Below, one piece after another: positions 10,432 through 18,887 of a stretch of DNA of 32,000 nt. Positions within the stretch are counted from its first letter, which is position 1; each line of letters starts with the position of its first letter. Made by a program: the position numbers and the translations under genes. The DNA is from Pseudoduganella armeniaca. Its GTDB lineage: Bacteria; Pseudomonadota; Gammaproteobacteria; Burkholderiales; Burkholderiaceae_D. The notes below the pieces were generated by a model. That model was not told where the DNA came from, made no database searches, and worked only from the letters and a program-made list of their open reading frames with translations. The stretch covers positions 4,078,661-4,110,660 of the forward strand of contig NZ_CP028324.1 of NCBI RefSeq assembly GCF_003028855.1, written 5' to 3'.

Positions 10432-11358
10432 ATGAACGCACCCAGCCACCTGCACGCCCACCTGAAGGGCGACGCCAAGTATCGTCACCAGCGCGCCGAC
10501 CGCAGCCTGTCCATCCTCGCGTGGGCGCTTGGCCTCACCCTGCTGTTCGCAGGCGTGGAGGTGGGCGCCGGCTTCATGTCCAACTCCCTTGCACTGATTT
10601 CCGACGCCGGCCATATGGTGACGGATGCGGCGTCGCTGGGTCTGGCCCTGTTCGCCCAGCTGATCGCGCGGCGCCCGCCCTCCTCCCGTTACTCGTTCGG
10701 CTTTGGCCGCGCCGAGGCGCTGGCCGCCTTCGTCAATGGCCTCGTGATGCTGCTGGTGGTGGGCTGGATCGTGTTCGAGGCGGTGCACCGGTTTACCGCA
10801 CCGCAGCCGGTGGCCGGCGGCACCGTGTTCGTCGTGGCCGCCATCGGCCTGGTCGTCAACCTGATCGTGGCCTGGGTGCTGTCGAAGGACCGCGACAGCA
10901 TGAATACCCGCGCCGCGCTGGTGCACGTGCTGGGCGACATGCTCGGTTCCGTGGCGGCGCTGATCGCCGGTGCCGTCATCTACTACACCGGCTGGATGCA
11001 GATCGACCCGCTGCTGTCGCTGATCGTCTCGCTGCTGCTGTTGAAATCCACCTACGGCATCCTGCGCGAGTCGGGCCATCACCTGATGGAAGGTGTGCCC
11101 GAGCACATCGACTACCTGCAACTGGGCGCGGACCTGGAACAGGTGGACGGCGTCGTCTCCGTGCACGACCTGCACGTGTGGGACATGTCGCCGGGTGAGC
11201 CGGCCCTGATCGGCCACGTCGAAGTCGCGGACCTGCAGCACTGGCCGCGCGTGCTGAAGGCGATCCGCATCATGCTGCTGGAACGGCATCGCATCGACCA
11301 CGTGACCTTGCAGGCCGAGGTGGCCGGGCGGCAAGGGCGCCCGGCTGGACATATCTGA
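10432..11358 (+). CDS. Cation diffusion facilitator family divalent-metal efflux transporter (CzcD/ZitB-like)
   Basis: 308-aa ORF with six hydrophobic helices. CDF metal-site motifs are present in TM2 (SDAGHMVTDAAS) and TM5 (HVLGDMLGS). The C-terminal cytoplasmic domain contains VHDLHVWDMSPGEPALIGHV. Confidence 0.9.
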   Translation: MNAPSHLHAHLKGDAKYRHQRADRSLSILAWALGLTLLFAGVEVGAGFMSNSLALISDAGHMVTDAASLGLALFAQLIARRPPSSRYSFGFGRAEALAAFVNGLVMLLVVGWIVFEAVHRFTAPQPVAGGTVFVVAAIGLVVNLIVAWVLSKDRDSMNTRAALVHVLGDMLGSVAALIAGAVIYYTGWMQIDPLLSLIVSLLLLKSTYGILRESGHHLMEGVPEHIDYLQLGADLEQVDGVVSVHDLHVWDMSPGEPALIGHVEVADLQHWPRVLKAIRIMLLERHRIDHVTLQAEVAGRQGRPAGHI

Positions 11359-11602
11359 TTGCTCTCTCCAGCGCGGCGTACTGCGGAGGGGCGCAAGCTC
11401 GTTCCGTGTTGCCGCGCTCGCTGGCCGCGCTGTGTCCGTCAAGCCGCGTTGGGATTGAGCCTGACCAAACAGGCGACCTATTCTTCTTGCCAGCTCGGCA
11501 AACATCCTACGATACGTAGCTGGAGAGGCCGCCCGGCCGTCTCGGTTGCACGCTTGTACTGCAAGAGTCCAAGGGCCAGCTACCTGGTGGGCGCTGCAGA
11601 CA

Positions 11603-11611
11603 TGCTAAAAT
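11603..11611 (+). promoter_or_regulatory. Candidate extended -10 promoter element (TGcTAAAAT) upstream of the Rhs gene
   Basis: TGCTAAAAT lies about 75 nt upstream of the Rhs ATG. No convincing -35 is present. Pattern match only. Confidence 0.25.
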
Positions 11612-11683
11612 AGCAACATCACCAAGCCCAGGCGCGTCCTACCCGCGCGCCTGTGCCTGTAGAAGAACACGAATAGCAGCGCC

Positions 11684-14600
11684 ATGACCGAACCCACGCC
11701 AAAGCCCACCGAACGCGCGCCCGAAGTCGCCGTCGCTCCACTCAACACGATCGACCAGCAAGATGTCGGCGCGGCAGCAGCAGCCTTCGACAAATGGCTG
11801 CGCAAGATCAGCCACGATTACGTCACCCTCGAGCGCCTGAGCACCGTGGCTGGCAGCCTGCCGGTGATCGGCAACATCATGGCACTGATCGATGCCATCA
11901 TGGACGTGGTCGGCGTGATCCAGAAATACATCGCCAAGAAGGAAGTCGATTTCCTGCAGTGGGTCAGCCTGGCCATCAACCTGATCGGCGTGGTGCCGCT
12001 GCCCGCGTCGAGCGCGGCGCGCATGTGCCTGCGTCCTACGCTGCATCTGGCGCGGCAAAAGCTCGCCATGGGCTTCAAGGATATCGGCGCGACGCTGGTC
12101 GAGGTGCTGGTGGTGCACCTGAATGCCCGGCTCGCCGGCGAGCTGGAGACCTTCGTCGACGGCGCGATGAGCAGGCTGTCCGGCATCCTGGACGAATGCG
12201 CCAAGGTGGCCGACGGCATCGTTGACGACCTGATCAAGATCCTCAAACGCTGCATCGGCAAGGAACCGCTGTTCGACGTGGCGCCCCCGGCGCAAGCGGA
12301 GAGCAAGCTGCACGACCCAAAGGTGCAAAGCAGCTGGCGCCGCATGCTGGGAGCCATCGACCGGCAATATAAAAGGGCCGCGAACTACGCCGCCGCCACC
12401 GCGGCGCGCCAGTTGCCGGAAAGTGCCGTAGCTGGCGTCACGGCCATCATCACGCACCTGACCGATTTCAAGCCGGCGTTCCGCGGCAAGCTGGCCGCCC
12501 TGGCTGACGAGAAGGCGCAGATGAGCATCAAGTGGATCCTGCTGCGCCTGCGCGACGCGGTCGTCAAGCACAAAAGGGACTATGCGGTCCTGGTGCCGTC
12601 CGCAAAAGGTGCGCAGCACAAGAAAGACAAAGCCGGCCACGAACTGGGCGCCGCCAGCCATCAAAGCCCGGCCACGGGCGACGCCAACGACTGCAAGCTG
12701 TGCCCCGCGAAAGCCGCCACCGCGCACTCGATCAGCTTCGCCACCGGCGCCGAAACCTTTACGCACAGGGACTTCGTGCTGGATGCGCCACTGCCGATCG
12801 AGTGGAGCCGCACCTACCGCAGCCAGCTGGTCGCCTACGATCGCGGCAACCTCGGCGCACGCTGGCTCACGCCGTACAGCACCCGCATTGATGTCGTCAG
12901 CCAGGGCAAGCTCACCGCCCTGCTCTATCACGCCGCCGACGGCCGCAGCCACCGTTATCCCTGGCTGGCGGTCGGCGAGAAGCATCACGATCCGGTCGAG
13001 CAAATCACGCTGACCCGCCTGAGCGTCACCTTGCTCACGCTCGACTTCGGCAAGCCGCTGCCCGAAGGCCAACCAAGCCCCTGGCGCGAAACCTATGAAT
13101 TGACCGACACGGTGCGCAGCAAGGCAGCCGAGATGGGCAAGCAGCACTTCCGCCTGATCTCCATCCACGCCAAGGACGGCGCCGCCCTCGGCCTGCGCTA
13201 CGACCACGTGGCCAATGGCGAGGCGGTGCTGAGCGACATCATCAGCAAGCAAGGCGACACCATCGTCGCCCATGCCGGCACCCAGATTGACGCCGCGACC
13301 GGCCAAATCGTCGCACTGTGGGAAATCAAGGATGGCCAGCTGGTGCGCCAACTGTCCGCCTATGACTATAACGAGCGCGGCGACCTGATCTACGCCCAGG
13401 AAGAAAACGCGGCCGCCTGGCACTACCAGTACGACCGCCACCTCGTCACGCGCTACACCGACCGTACGGGTCGCGGGATCAACCTGGCCTACGACACCAG
13501 CATCGACAGCGGCGCGAACGCGAAAGCGATCCGCGAGTGGGCGGACGACGGCAGTCATGACACCCGCCTCGAATGGGACAAGAACATCCGCCTGACCTAC
13601 GTCACCGACGCGCTGGGCCAGGAAACCCGTTACTACTACGACATCGCCGGCTACACCTACCGCACCATCTACCCGGACGGCCTGGAAGAATGGTTCTACC
13701 GCGACAACGCGAAGAACGTCATTCGCCACATCCACACCGATGGCAACAGCGAGCATTTCCGCTACGACGACCACGGCAACCTGCTGACGCACACCCGAGC
13801 AGATGGCAGCCAGGTCCACTTCGAGTACGACGCCCAGCACCGCATCACCGGCATCCTCGATCCCGAAGGGGGCACCTGGAAGCGCGACTACGATGCGCAA
13901 GGCCACCTGGTCGAGGAAATCGACCCGCTCGGCAGCAAGACCCAATACGCCTACGATAAGGCGGGCCGCCCCGTCGAGGTCACCGATGCCAAGGGCGGCG
14001 TCAAGAAACTGACCTATACGCCGGACGGCCAGCTCGCCAGCTACACGGACTGCTCCGGCCATAGCACCCAATGGCAATACGACGAGCGCAAGCGCCTCAT
14101 CAAACGCTTCGACGCCGCCGGCAACATCACGCGCTATCGCTACACGCCAGTCAATGTCGATACGCTGACACTGGCGCTCAGCGAGGAAACCGGCAATCAC
14201 CCAGGCCAGCTGGAAGCTGTGATCCACCCGGACGGCAGCGAAGAGCAACTGCGCCACGACGCCGAAGGCCGCCTGCTGGCGCACATCGATGCGCTGCAAC
14301 GCCGCACCGCCTACAGCTACACCGCCGCCGGCCTGATCGCGCAGCGAACGGATGCACTGGGCCACAGCCTGCGCTACCGCTGGGACGCGCTGGGCCGGCT
14401 GTCCGCGCTGGAAAACGAAAACGGCAGCGTCTACCGCTTCCAGTACGACCCGGTCGGGCGCCTGCTGCAGGAACAGGGCTTCGATGGCAAGACCACCGAA
14501 TACCGTTACCACGAAGGGACTGGCGTGCTGGCGGAAACCGAGGAAGCCGGCGTGATCACGCGACTCGAGTTCGACGCCATGGGCCGGCTCATGCAGCGCC

Positions 14601-16516
14601 GGGCGGCCGCGCCCGGCCAGCCCGAGCAAATCGAAACCTTCGCCTACTACGCCAGCGGACAACTGGCCGACGCGAAGAACGAACACGCCCGGCTGCAGTG
14701 GTTCTACGACCCCGCCGGAAACCTGGTACGCGAACACCAGCACTATCACGGCCCGTTCCATCCGGACAAGCGCACGGCAGTCTGGCATCACCGCTATGAC
14801 GAGCTGAACCAGCGCATCGGCACGACCCGCCCCGACGGTCACCGCATCGATTGGCTGACGTATGGCGCAGGCCACGTGCACGGCCTGCTGCTCGATGGGC
14901 AGGAACTGGTGTCGTTCGAGCGCGATGCACTGTACCAGGAGACCGCCCGCACGCAGGCCAACGGCCTGCTGCAAACGATGAAGTACGACCCGGCGGGCCG
15001 ACTGATCGAACAGCAGCTAGGCCGGAAGAACGTGGAGTTTCGCCCCGACCAGTACCGTCCCGACGCGCAGGTCGGCATGCAGGCAGCCATCCAGCGGCGC
15101 TACCGTTATGATCGCTCCGGCCAGCTGACGAGTATCGACGATACCCGGCGTGGCCATATCGAATACCGCTACGATCCGATTGGACGGCTGCTGGCGGCGA
15201 CCAGCGCCCTGGGCCATGAGACATTTGCGTTCGACCCGGCGGGCAATATTCAGGTGCCTAATACTGCGCAGCACCACCAGAGCATTGCCACCCGCGCCCC
15301 GCTGCCGAAGGTGCTGGACAACCTTCTGAAGGAATATGCGGGCACCAGCTACCGCTACGACGCTCGCGGCAACCTTATCGAACGCGTGCAGAATGGACAG
15401 CGCAATACGTTCGAATGGGATGCGTTCAACCGGATGACACGCGCTGTCACGAGCCATGGCGTTGTCACCTTCGCCTACGATCCGCTGGGGCGGCGTATCG
15501 CGAAGCATAGCCAGGCAAGCGATGGCACGACTCTCTGCGACACGACCCGGACAATGTACGGCTGGGATGGAGACACGCTGGCGTTGGAAAGCAGCGTTCA
15601 CCGCGGCTATGCAAACAACGTGCGGACGGTGCACTACGTGTACGAACGCGACAGCTTCGTGCCACTAGTGCAGGCGACACGAAGCCAGGCGCTTCAACTG
15701 CCGCCTACGACCGATGTCAAAGCGCTGATGGCGGCCCACTATGGGAAATATGATATCGCGCTCGATCCGTTGTGGAACGGCGAATACGAGCAGGAAGCCG
15801 CATCCTTCGGCGAGGATGAGATCGCGTTTTACCAGTGCGACCACCTCGGCACGCCTCAAGAACTAACCGACCATCAAGGCAAGGTCGGGTGGTCGGCTCA
15901 GTACAAAGCGTGGGGGCAAGCGTGGGAGGCGATCAATGAAGCTGCCTACAGGGCCGGGATTCGAAATCCGCTCCGATTCCAAGGGCAATACTTTGATGAT
16001 GAGACGGGGCTGCATTACAATAGGCATCGCTACTACGACACTCGCGTCGGCAGATTCATCTCCAGTGACCCCATCGGCCTCCTAGGTGGATTGAATTTCC
16101 ATCAGTACGCACCTAATCCTACACAGTGGATTGATCCGCTGGGCTTGGCGAAAGATTGCTCTTGCGGCTGCGGCCCATACTTGAATCAAGATGCGAAGTG
16201 GCGGGAAGTGAAGAACGATCCGAAAACGCCTGCCAATCTTCGTGGATGGATTAAGCATCAAGAGCGACAAGTCGCCTTCGGAAAACAAGCGCAAGTCTAT
16301 GCGCCGCCTGGCTACGATCTGAAGCATAAGAAGGGATGTGAAAGCGAGAGTGGCTTCGACTTTTCGCACACAGATCCAGCTCTGCGCGCAGACCATCAAG
16401 GGATACATCATCGCTACTACAGAAAGCGCGGCGGCTCGTGGACGGTAGCGATGCCGAAGTCGGGAACGCCCGGCACCGGGAAGCTAAGCCTTCCAAAACC
16501 TGGGACCTTACCCTGA
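11684..16516 (+). CDS. Rhs/YD-repeat polymorphic toxin: unrecognised N-terminal region, Rhs shell, PxxxxDPxGL boundary, HNH-like C-terminal toxin tip
   Basis: 1610-aa ORF. From about aa 350 (ISFATGAETFTHRDF...) there are dozens of YD-type repeats (YxYDxxGRL/GNL variants). The Rhs-associated core ends PNPTQWIDPLGL at 16133..16147. A 122-aa tip follows, with a colicin-DNase-like pattern YDLKHKKG...DHQGIHH. The long antisense ORF 11639..14974 is a shadow. Confidence 0.95.
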   Translation: MTEPTPKPTERAPEVAVAPLNTIDQQDVGAAAAAFDKWLRKISHDYVTLERLSTVAGSLPVIGNIMALIDAIMDVVGVIQKYIAKKEVDFLQWVSLAINLIGVVPLPASSAARMCLRPTLHLARQKLAMGFKDIGATLVEVLVVHLNARLAGELETFVDGAMSRLSGILDECAKVADGIVDDLIKILKRCIGKEPLFDVAPPAQAESKLHDPKVQSSWRRMLGAIDRQYKRAANYAAATAARQLPESAVAGVTAIITHLTDFKPAFRGKLAALADEKAQMSIKWILLRLRDAVVKHKRDYAVLVPSAKGAQHKKDKAGHELGAASHQSPATGDANDCKLCPAKAATAHSISFATGAETFTHRDFVLDAPLPIEWSRTYRSQLVAYDRGNLGARWLTPYSTRIDVVSQGKLTALLYHAADGRSHRYPWLAVGEKHHDPVEQITLTRLSVTLLTLDFGKPLPEGQPSPWRETYELTDTVRSKAAEMGKQHFRLISIHAKDGAALGLRYDHVANGEAVLSDIISKQGDTIVAHAGTQIDAATGQIVALWEIKDGQLVRQLSAYDYNERGDLIYAQEENAAAWHYQYDRHLVTRYTDRTGRGINLAYDTSIDSGANAKAIREWADDGSHDTRLEWDKNIRLTYVTDALGQETRYYYDIAGYTYRTIYPDGLEEWFYRDNAKNVIRHIHTDGNSEHFRYDDHGNLLTHTRADGSQVHFEYDAQHRITGILDPEGGTWKRDYDAQGHLVEEIDPLGSKTQYAYDKAGRPVEVTDAKGGVKKLTYTPDGQLASYTDCSGHSTQWQYDERKRLIKRFDAAGNITRYRYTPVNVDTLTLALSEETGNHPGQLEAVIHPDGSEEQLRHDAEGRLLAHIDALQRRTAYSYTAAGLIAQRTDALGHSLRYRWDALGRLSALENENGSVYRFQYDPVGRLLQEQGFDGKTTEYRYHEGTGVLAETEEAGVITRLEFDAMGRLMQRRAAAPGQPEQIETFAYYASGQLADAKNEHARLQWFYDPAGNLVREHQHYHGPFHPDKRTAVWHHRYDELNQRIGTTRPDGHRIDWLTYGAGHVHGLLLDGQELVSFERDALYQETARTQANGLLQTMKYDPAGRLIEQQLGRKNVEFRPDQYRPDAQVGMQAAIQRRYRYDRSGQLTSIDDTRRGHIEYRYDPIGRLLAATSALGHETFAFDPAGNIQVPNTAQHHQSIATRAPLPKVLDNLLKEYAGTSYRYDARGNLIERVQNGQRNTFEWDAFNRMTRAVTSHGVVTFAYDPLGRRIAKHSQASDGTTLCDTTRTMYGWDGDTLALESSVHRGYANNVRTVHYVYERDSFVPLVQATRSQALQLPPTTDVKALMAAHYGKYDIALDPLWNGEYEQEAASFGEDEIAFYQCDHLGTPQELTDHQGKVGWSAQYKAWGQAWEAINEAAYRAGIRNPLRFQGQYFDDETGLHYNRHRYYDTRVGRFISSDPIGLLGGLNFHQYAPNPTQWIDPLGLAKDCSCGCGPYLNQDAKWREVKNDPKTPANLRGWIKHQERQVAFGKQAQVYAPPGYDLKHKKGCESESGFDFSHTDPALRADHQGIHHRYYRKRGGSWTVAMPKSGTPGTGKLSLPKPGTLP

Positions 16517-16522
16517 TAGAAT

Positions 16523-16993
16523 ATGAGCAAAGAAAACGCACTGACCCTTATGTCCAAGGCAACCATGGGCCTGTCCAAGCTGCCCGTGGCTACGCTCAAA
16601 GAGATCGAGTCAACGGAAATCGAAATTGCGCGCCGTTTACCAGACTCGCTCAAGGATTTCTATGAAACGGCATCAAACGGCCTGAGGTTCGGTCGCCTGC
16701 AGATACTACCGGTAAAGTCGAGCACCAACTTGAGAAAAACAGGTGACTCAATCGCACGTCAAAACGATATCCGACACAGTATATGGTTCAACAATGACGC
16801 GGCAACGTTTGCTGAGTTCCTTATTTTCGCCACCGAAAACTCGCAGCGGTGCTTCGCATTCAAACGTGACTCCGAATATGTTTGGGAATGGAAGCAAGAC
16901 GAGGGGCAAGTCGTAGAACTCGACTACAGCTTCTGGGATTGGCTCGAGGAAAGCCTGCATCAAGAGCGAGACCTGCTACGCTTTAAATCTTAG
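16523..16993 (+). CDS. SUKH-superfamily (SMI1/KNR4-like) immunity protein for the Rhs tip
   Basis: 156-aa ORF starting 6 nt after the Rhs stop. The N-terminal pattern IESTEIEIARRLPDSLKDFYETASNG matches the SMI1/KNR4 signature (LP.dyk.f....nG). It has lower GC than the core genome and sits in the classic toxin-immunity position. Confidence 0.8.
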   Translation: MSKENALTLMSKATMGLSKLPVATLKEIESTEIEIARRLPDSLKDFYETASNGLRFGRLQILPVKSSTNLRKTGDSIARQNDIRHSIWFNNDAATFAEFLIFATENSQRCFAFKRDSEYVWEWKQDEGQVVELDYSFWDWLEESLHQERDLLRFKS

Positions 16994-17047
16994 CTCAACC
17001 AACACTGAGGCCAGCCCCGCCAAGTATCTCCAGGCGCTCGGGTCGGC

Positions 17048-18331
17048 ATGCAAGCAGCGACCCGGCGGCGCTACCCCTACGACCGAGTTTGGCAACTGAC
17101 GAGCATCGACGACAGCCGTCGCGGCCATATCGAATACCGCTATGATCTGATCGGACGGCTGCTGGCCGCAAACAGCGCGATGGGCCATGAGACCTTCGCG
17201 TTCGACCCGGCTGGCAATATCCAGGTGCCCAGTACTACCCGACACCAGAGCATTGCCACCCGCGCCCCGCTGCCGAAAATACTGGACAACCTGCTCAAGG
17301 AATACGCCGGCACTAGCTACCGTTACGACGATCGCGGTAACCTCATCGAACGGATGCAGAACGGCCAGCGCGATACATTCGAGTGGGATGCGTTAAACCG
17401 GATGACACGCGCCACGACCCGGTACGGCGTCACTACCTTCGCCTACGATCCCCTGGGGCGGCGCATTGCGAAGCACAGCCAGGCGAGCGGCGGCACTACT
17501 CTCCGAAATACCGCGCGAACCATATACGGCTGGGATGGCGATACGCTGGCGTTGGAAAGTAGTGTGCGTCAGGGCTATGCCCCTGCTGAACGGACGGTTC
17601 ACTACGTGTACGAACGCGACAGCTTCGTGCCACTGATGCAGGCCAGTCATGCCAAGGCGCTTAGCCTTGCGCCTACCACCGATGTGAAAGCGTTGATGGC
17701 GGCCAATTTCGGTAGGTACGATATTGCACTTGATCCACTTTGGAATGACGAGTACGAACGCGAAGCCGAACCGTTTGTGAAGGATGAGATCGCGTTCTAT
17801 CAATGCGACCATCTAGGCACCCCGCAGGAATTGACAGATCACGAAGGCAAGGTTGCATGGTCGGCGCAGTACATGGCGTGGGGACAGGCTAAAGAAGCGA
17901 TCAGCCAGGGAGCGCACGAGGCTGGGATGCGGAATCCCATACGGTTCCCGGGGCAGCACCTTGATGAAGAAACAGGACTTCACTACAACAGGCACAGGTA
18001 TTACGAGCCTTACTCGGGACGCTTCGTCAGCAGCGATCCGATTGGGCTACTCGGTGGACTGAATCTGCACAGATACGCACCGAATCCGTTGCAATGGATT
18101 GATCCGCTGGGCCTTGCTGGTGGCCCGGCTGTCGGCGTGGATTCGCACGGGCAATGGATCGATGCCTCGGGAAGCGCGGCAAGTGCTCCCAATGTTGCAA
18201 GCCTCCCAGCATTACGTGGCGCATCCATTCCGCAGGTGCGCAGTATTTTGAACGGTCAAGGATATTCGCTTCAAAATCCGGGCAATGCACGTAACGAACG
18301 GTGGAAGCATAGTGATGGTTCGGAAGTATAG
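17048..18331 (+). CDS. Orphan Rhs C-terminal fragment (3' core plus alternative toxin tip), truncated at an in-frame TAG
   Basis: 427-aa ORF. Its first 356 aa align collinearly with residues encoded at 15077..16147 of the full-length Rhs, and roughly four-fifths are identical by eye. The alignment includes the DPLGL boundary at 18101..18115, after which the sequence diverges completely. There is no Rhs N-terminus and no obvious SD. Confidence 0.85.
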   Translation: MQAATRRRYPYDRVWQLTSIDDSRRGHIEYRYDLIGRLLAANSAMGHETFAFDPAGNIQVPSTTRHQSIATRAPLPKILDNLLKEYAGTSYRYDDRGNLIERMQNGQRDTFEWDALNRMTRATTRYGVTTFAYDPLGRRIAKHSQASGGTTLRNTARTIYGWDGDTLALESSVRQGYAPAERTVHYVYERDSFVPLMQASHAKALSLAPTTDVKALMAANFGRYDIALDPLWNDEYEREAEPFVKDEIAFYQCDHLGTPQELTDHEGKVAWSAQYMAWGQAKEAISQGAHEAGMRNPIRFPGQHLDEETGLHYNRHRYYEPYSGRFVSSDPIGLLGGLNLHRYAPNPLQWIDPLGLAGGPAVGVDSHGQWIDASGSAASAPNVASLPALRGASIPQVRSILNGQGYSLQNPGNARNERWKHSDGSEV

Positions 18332-18541
18332 ATTCATAAATACGGCAATACGAACCTTACACCCCATAAATGCGGAAATAATGCTCATGCACATAAGTCG
18401 CTTGGTAGGCACGGCACCCCCAATGCTGTCGAATTGAGCGATCGAGCCAGGCCGGTAAGCCAGTATTCGTCTGACGCTCACATTGGCCTGAAGAACCCGG
18501 CGGACTACCCAGCTGTTGCGGGTAGACCTCACGGTAGCTAG
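18332..18541 (+). pseudogene. In-frame, stop-free continuation of the orphan toxin tip beyond the TAG at 18329..18331
   Basis: 69 further sense codons lie in the same frame (IHKYGNTNLTPHKCGNNAHAHKSLGRHGTPNAVELSDRARPVSQYSSDAHIGLKNPADYPAVAGRPHGS), ending at the TAG at 18539..18541. That is 22 nt before the next gene's ATG. This segment contains no ATG, which is why it is absent from the ORF track. Confidence 0.5.
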
Positions 18542-18563
18542 TTTGGATCAGAAAGGGAGAATT

Positions 18564-18887
18564 ATGGCAGCGGAATTTTATATCGTATTTGATGAGCCAT
18601 CTTGGTATGAAAGAAATCAGGGCGCAGTCAAGACGTTCATTAGATCATTAGGCACATTTAGAAAGGAAATCGACGCTAACGAGTATTGGTTACGAGGAGA
18701 TGAGCCTGGCGGCAATTGGACTTATGGTGTCAGAATATTCACTCGCCCTCGTGACATCCTTGTGGAGATTAGCAGTCATCCGGCTTCAATAGTCAATGAT
18801 CTAAGAGAGTTGAACCGTCTGATATCCGAACACGCTAAAATCAAAGTTGTCGATGATGACGGGGAACGCGTAGATGACTACGAATGA
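18564..18887 (+). CDS. Small hypothetical protein, candidate immunity protein for the orphan toxin tip
   Basis: 107 aa from MAAEFYIVFDEPSWYERNQ, with an AGGGAG SD 6-7 nt upstream of the ATG at 18564. The track ORF begins further upstream at 18516. The gene is AT-richer than the genome and acidic at its C-terminus. No family was recognised; the call rests on position only. Confidence 0.55.
   Translation: MAAEFYIVFDEPSWYERNQGAVKTFIRSLGTFRKEIDANEYWLRGDEPGGNWTYGVRIFTRPRDILVEISSHPASIVNDLRELNRLISEHAKIKVVDDDGERVDDYE

Noticed and set aside
9709-11505. 598-aa minus-strand ORF spanning the Cache-protein and CDF transporter genes
   Set aside because: It is antisense to two genes with clear family signatures and runs through a tRNA gene. 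The composition is that of a shadow ORF.
11639-14974. 1111-aa minus-strand ORF opposite the Rhs gene, plus the many 60-240-aa ORFs in 11.8-15.7 kb
   Set aside because: The + strand frame encodes regular YD repeats and a complete Rhs core. The antisense and off-frame translations are low-complexity (A/G/R/V-rich) with no motifs.
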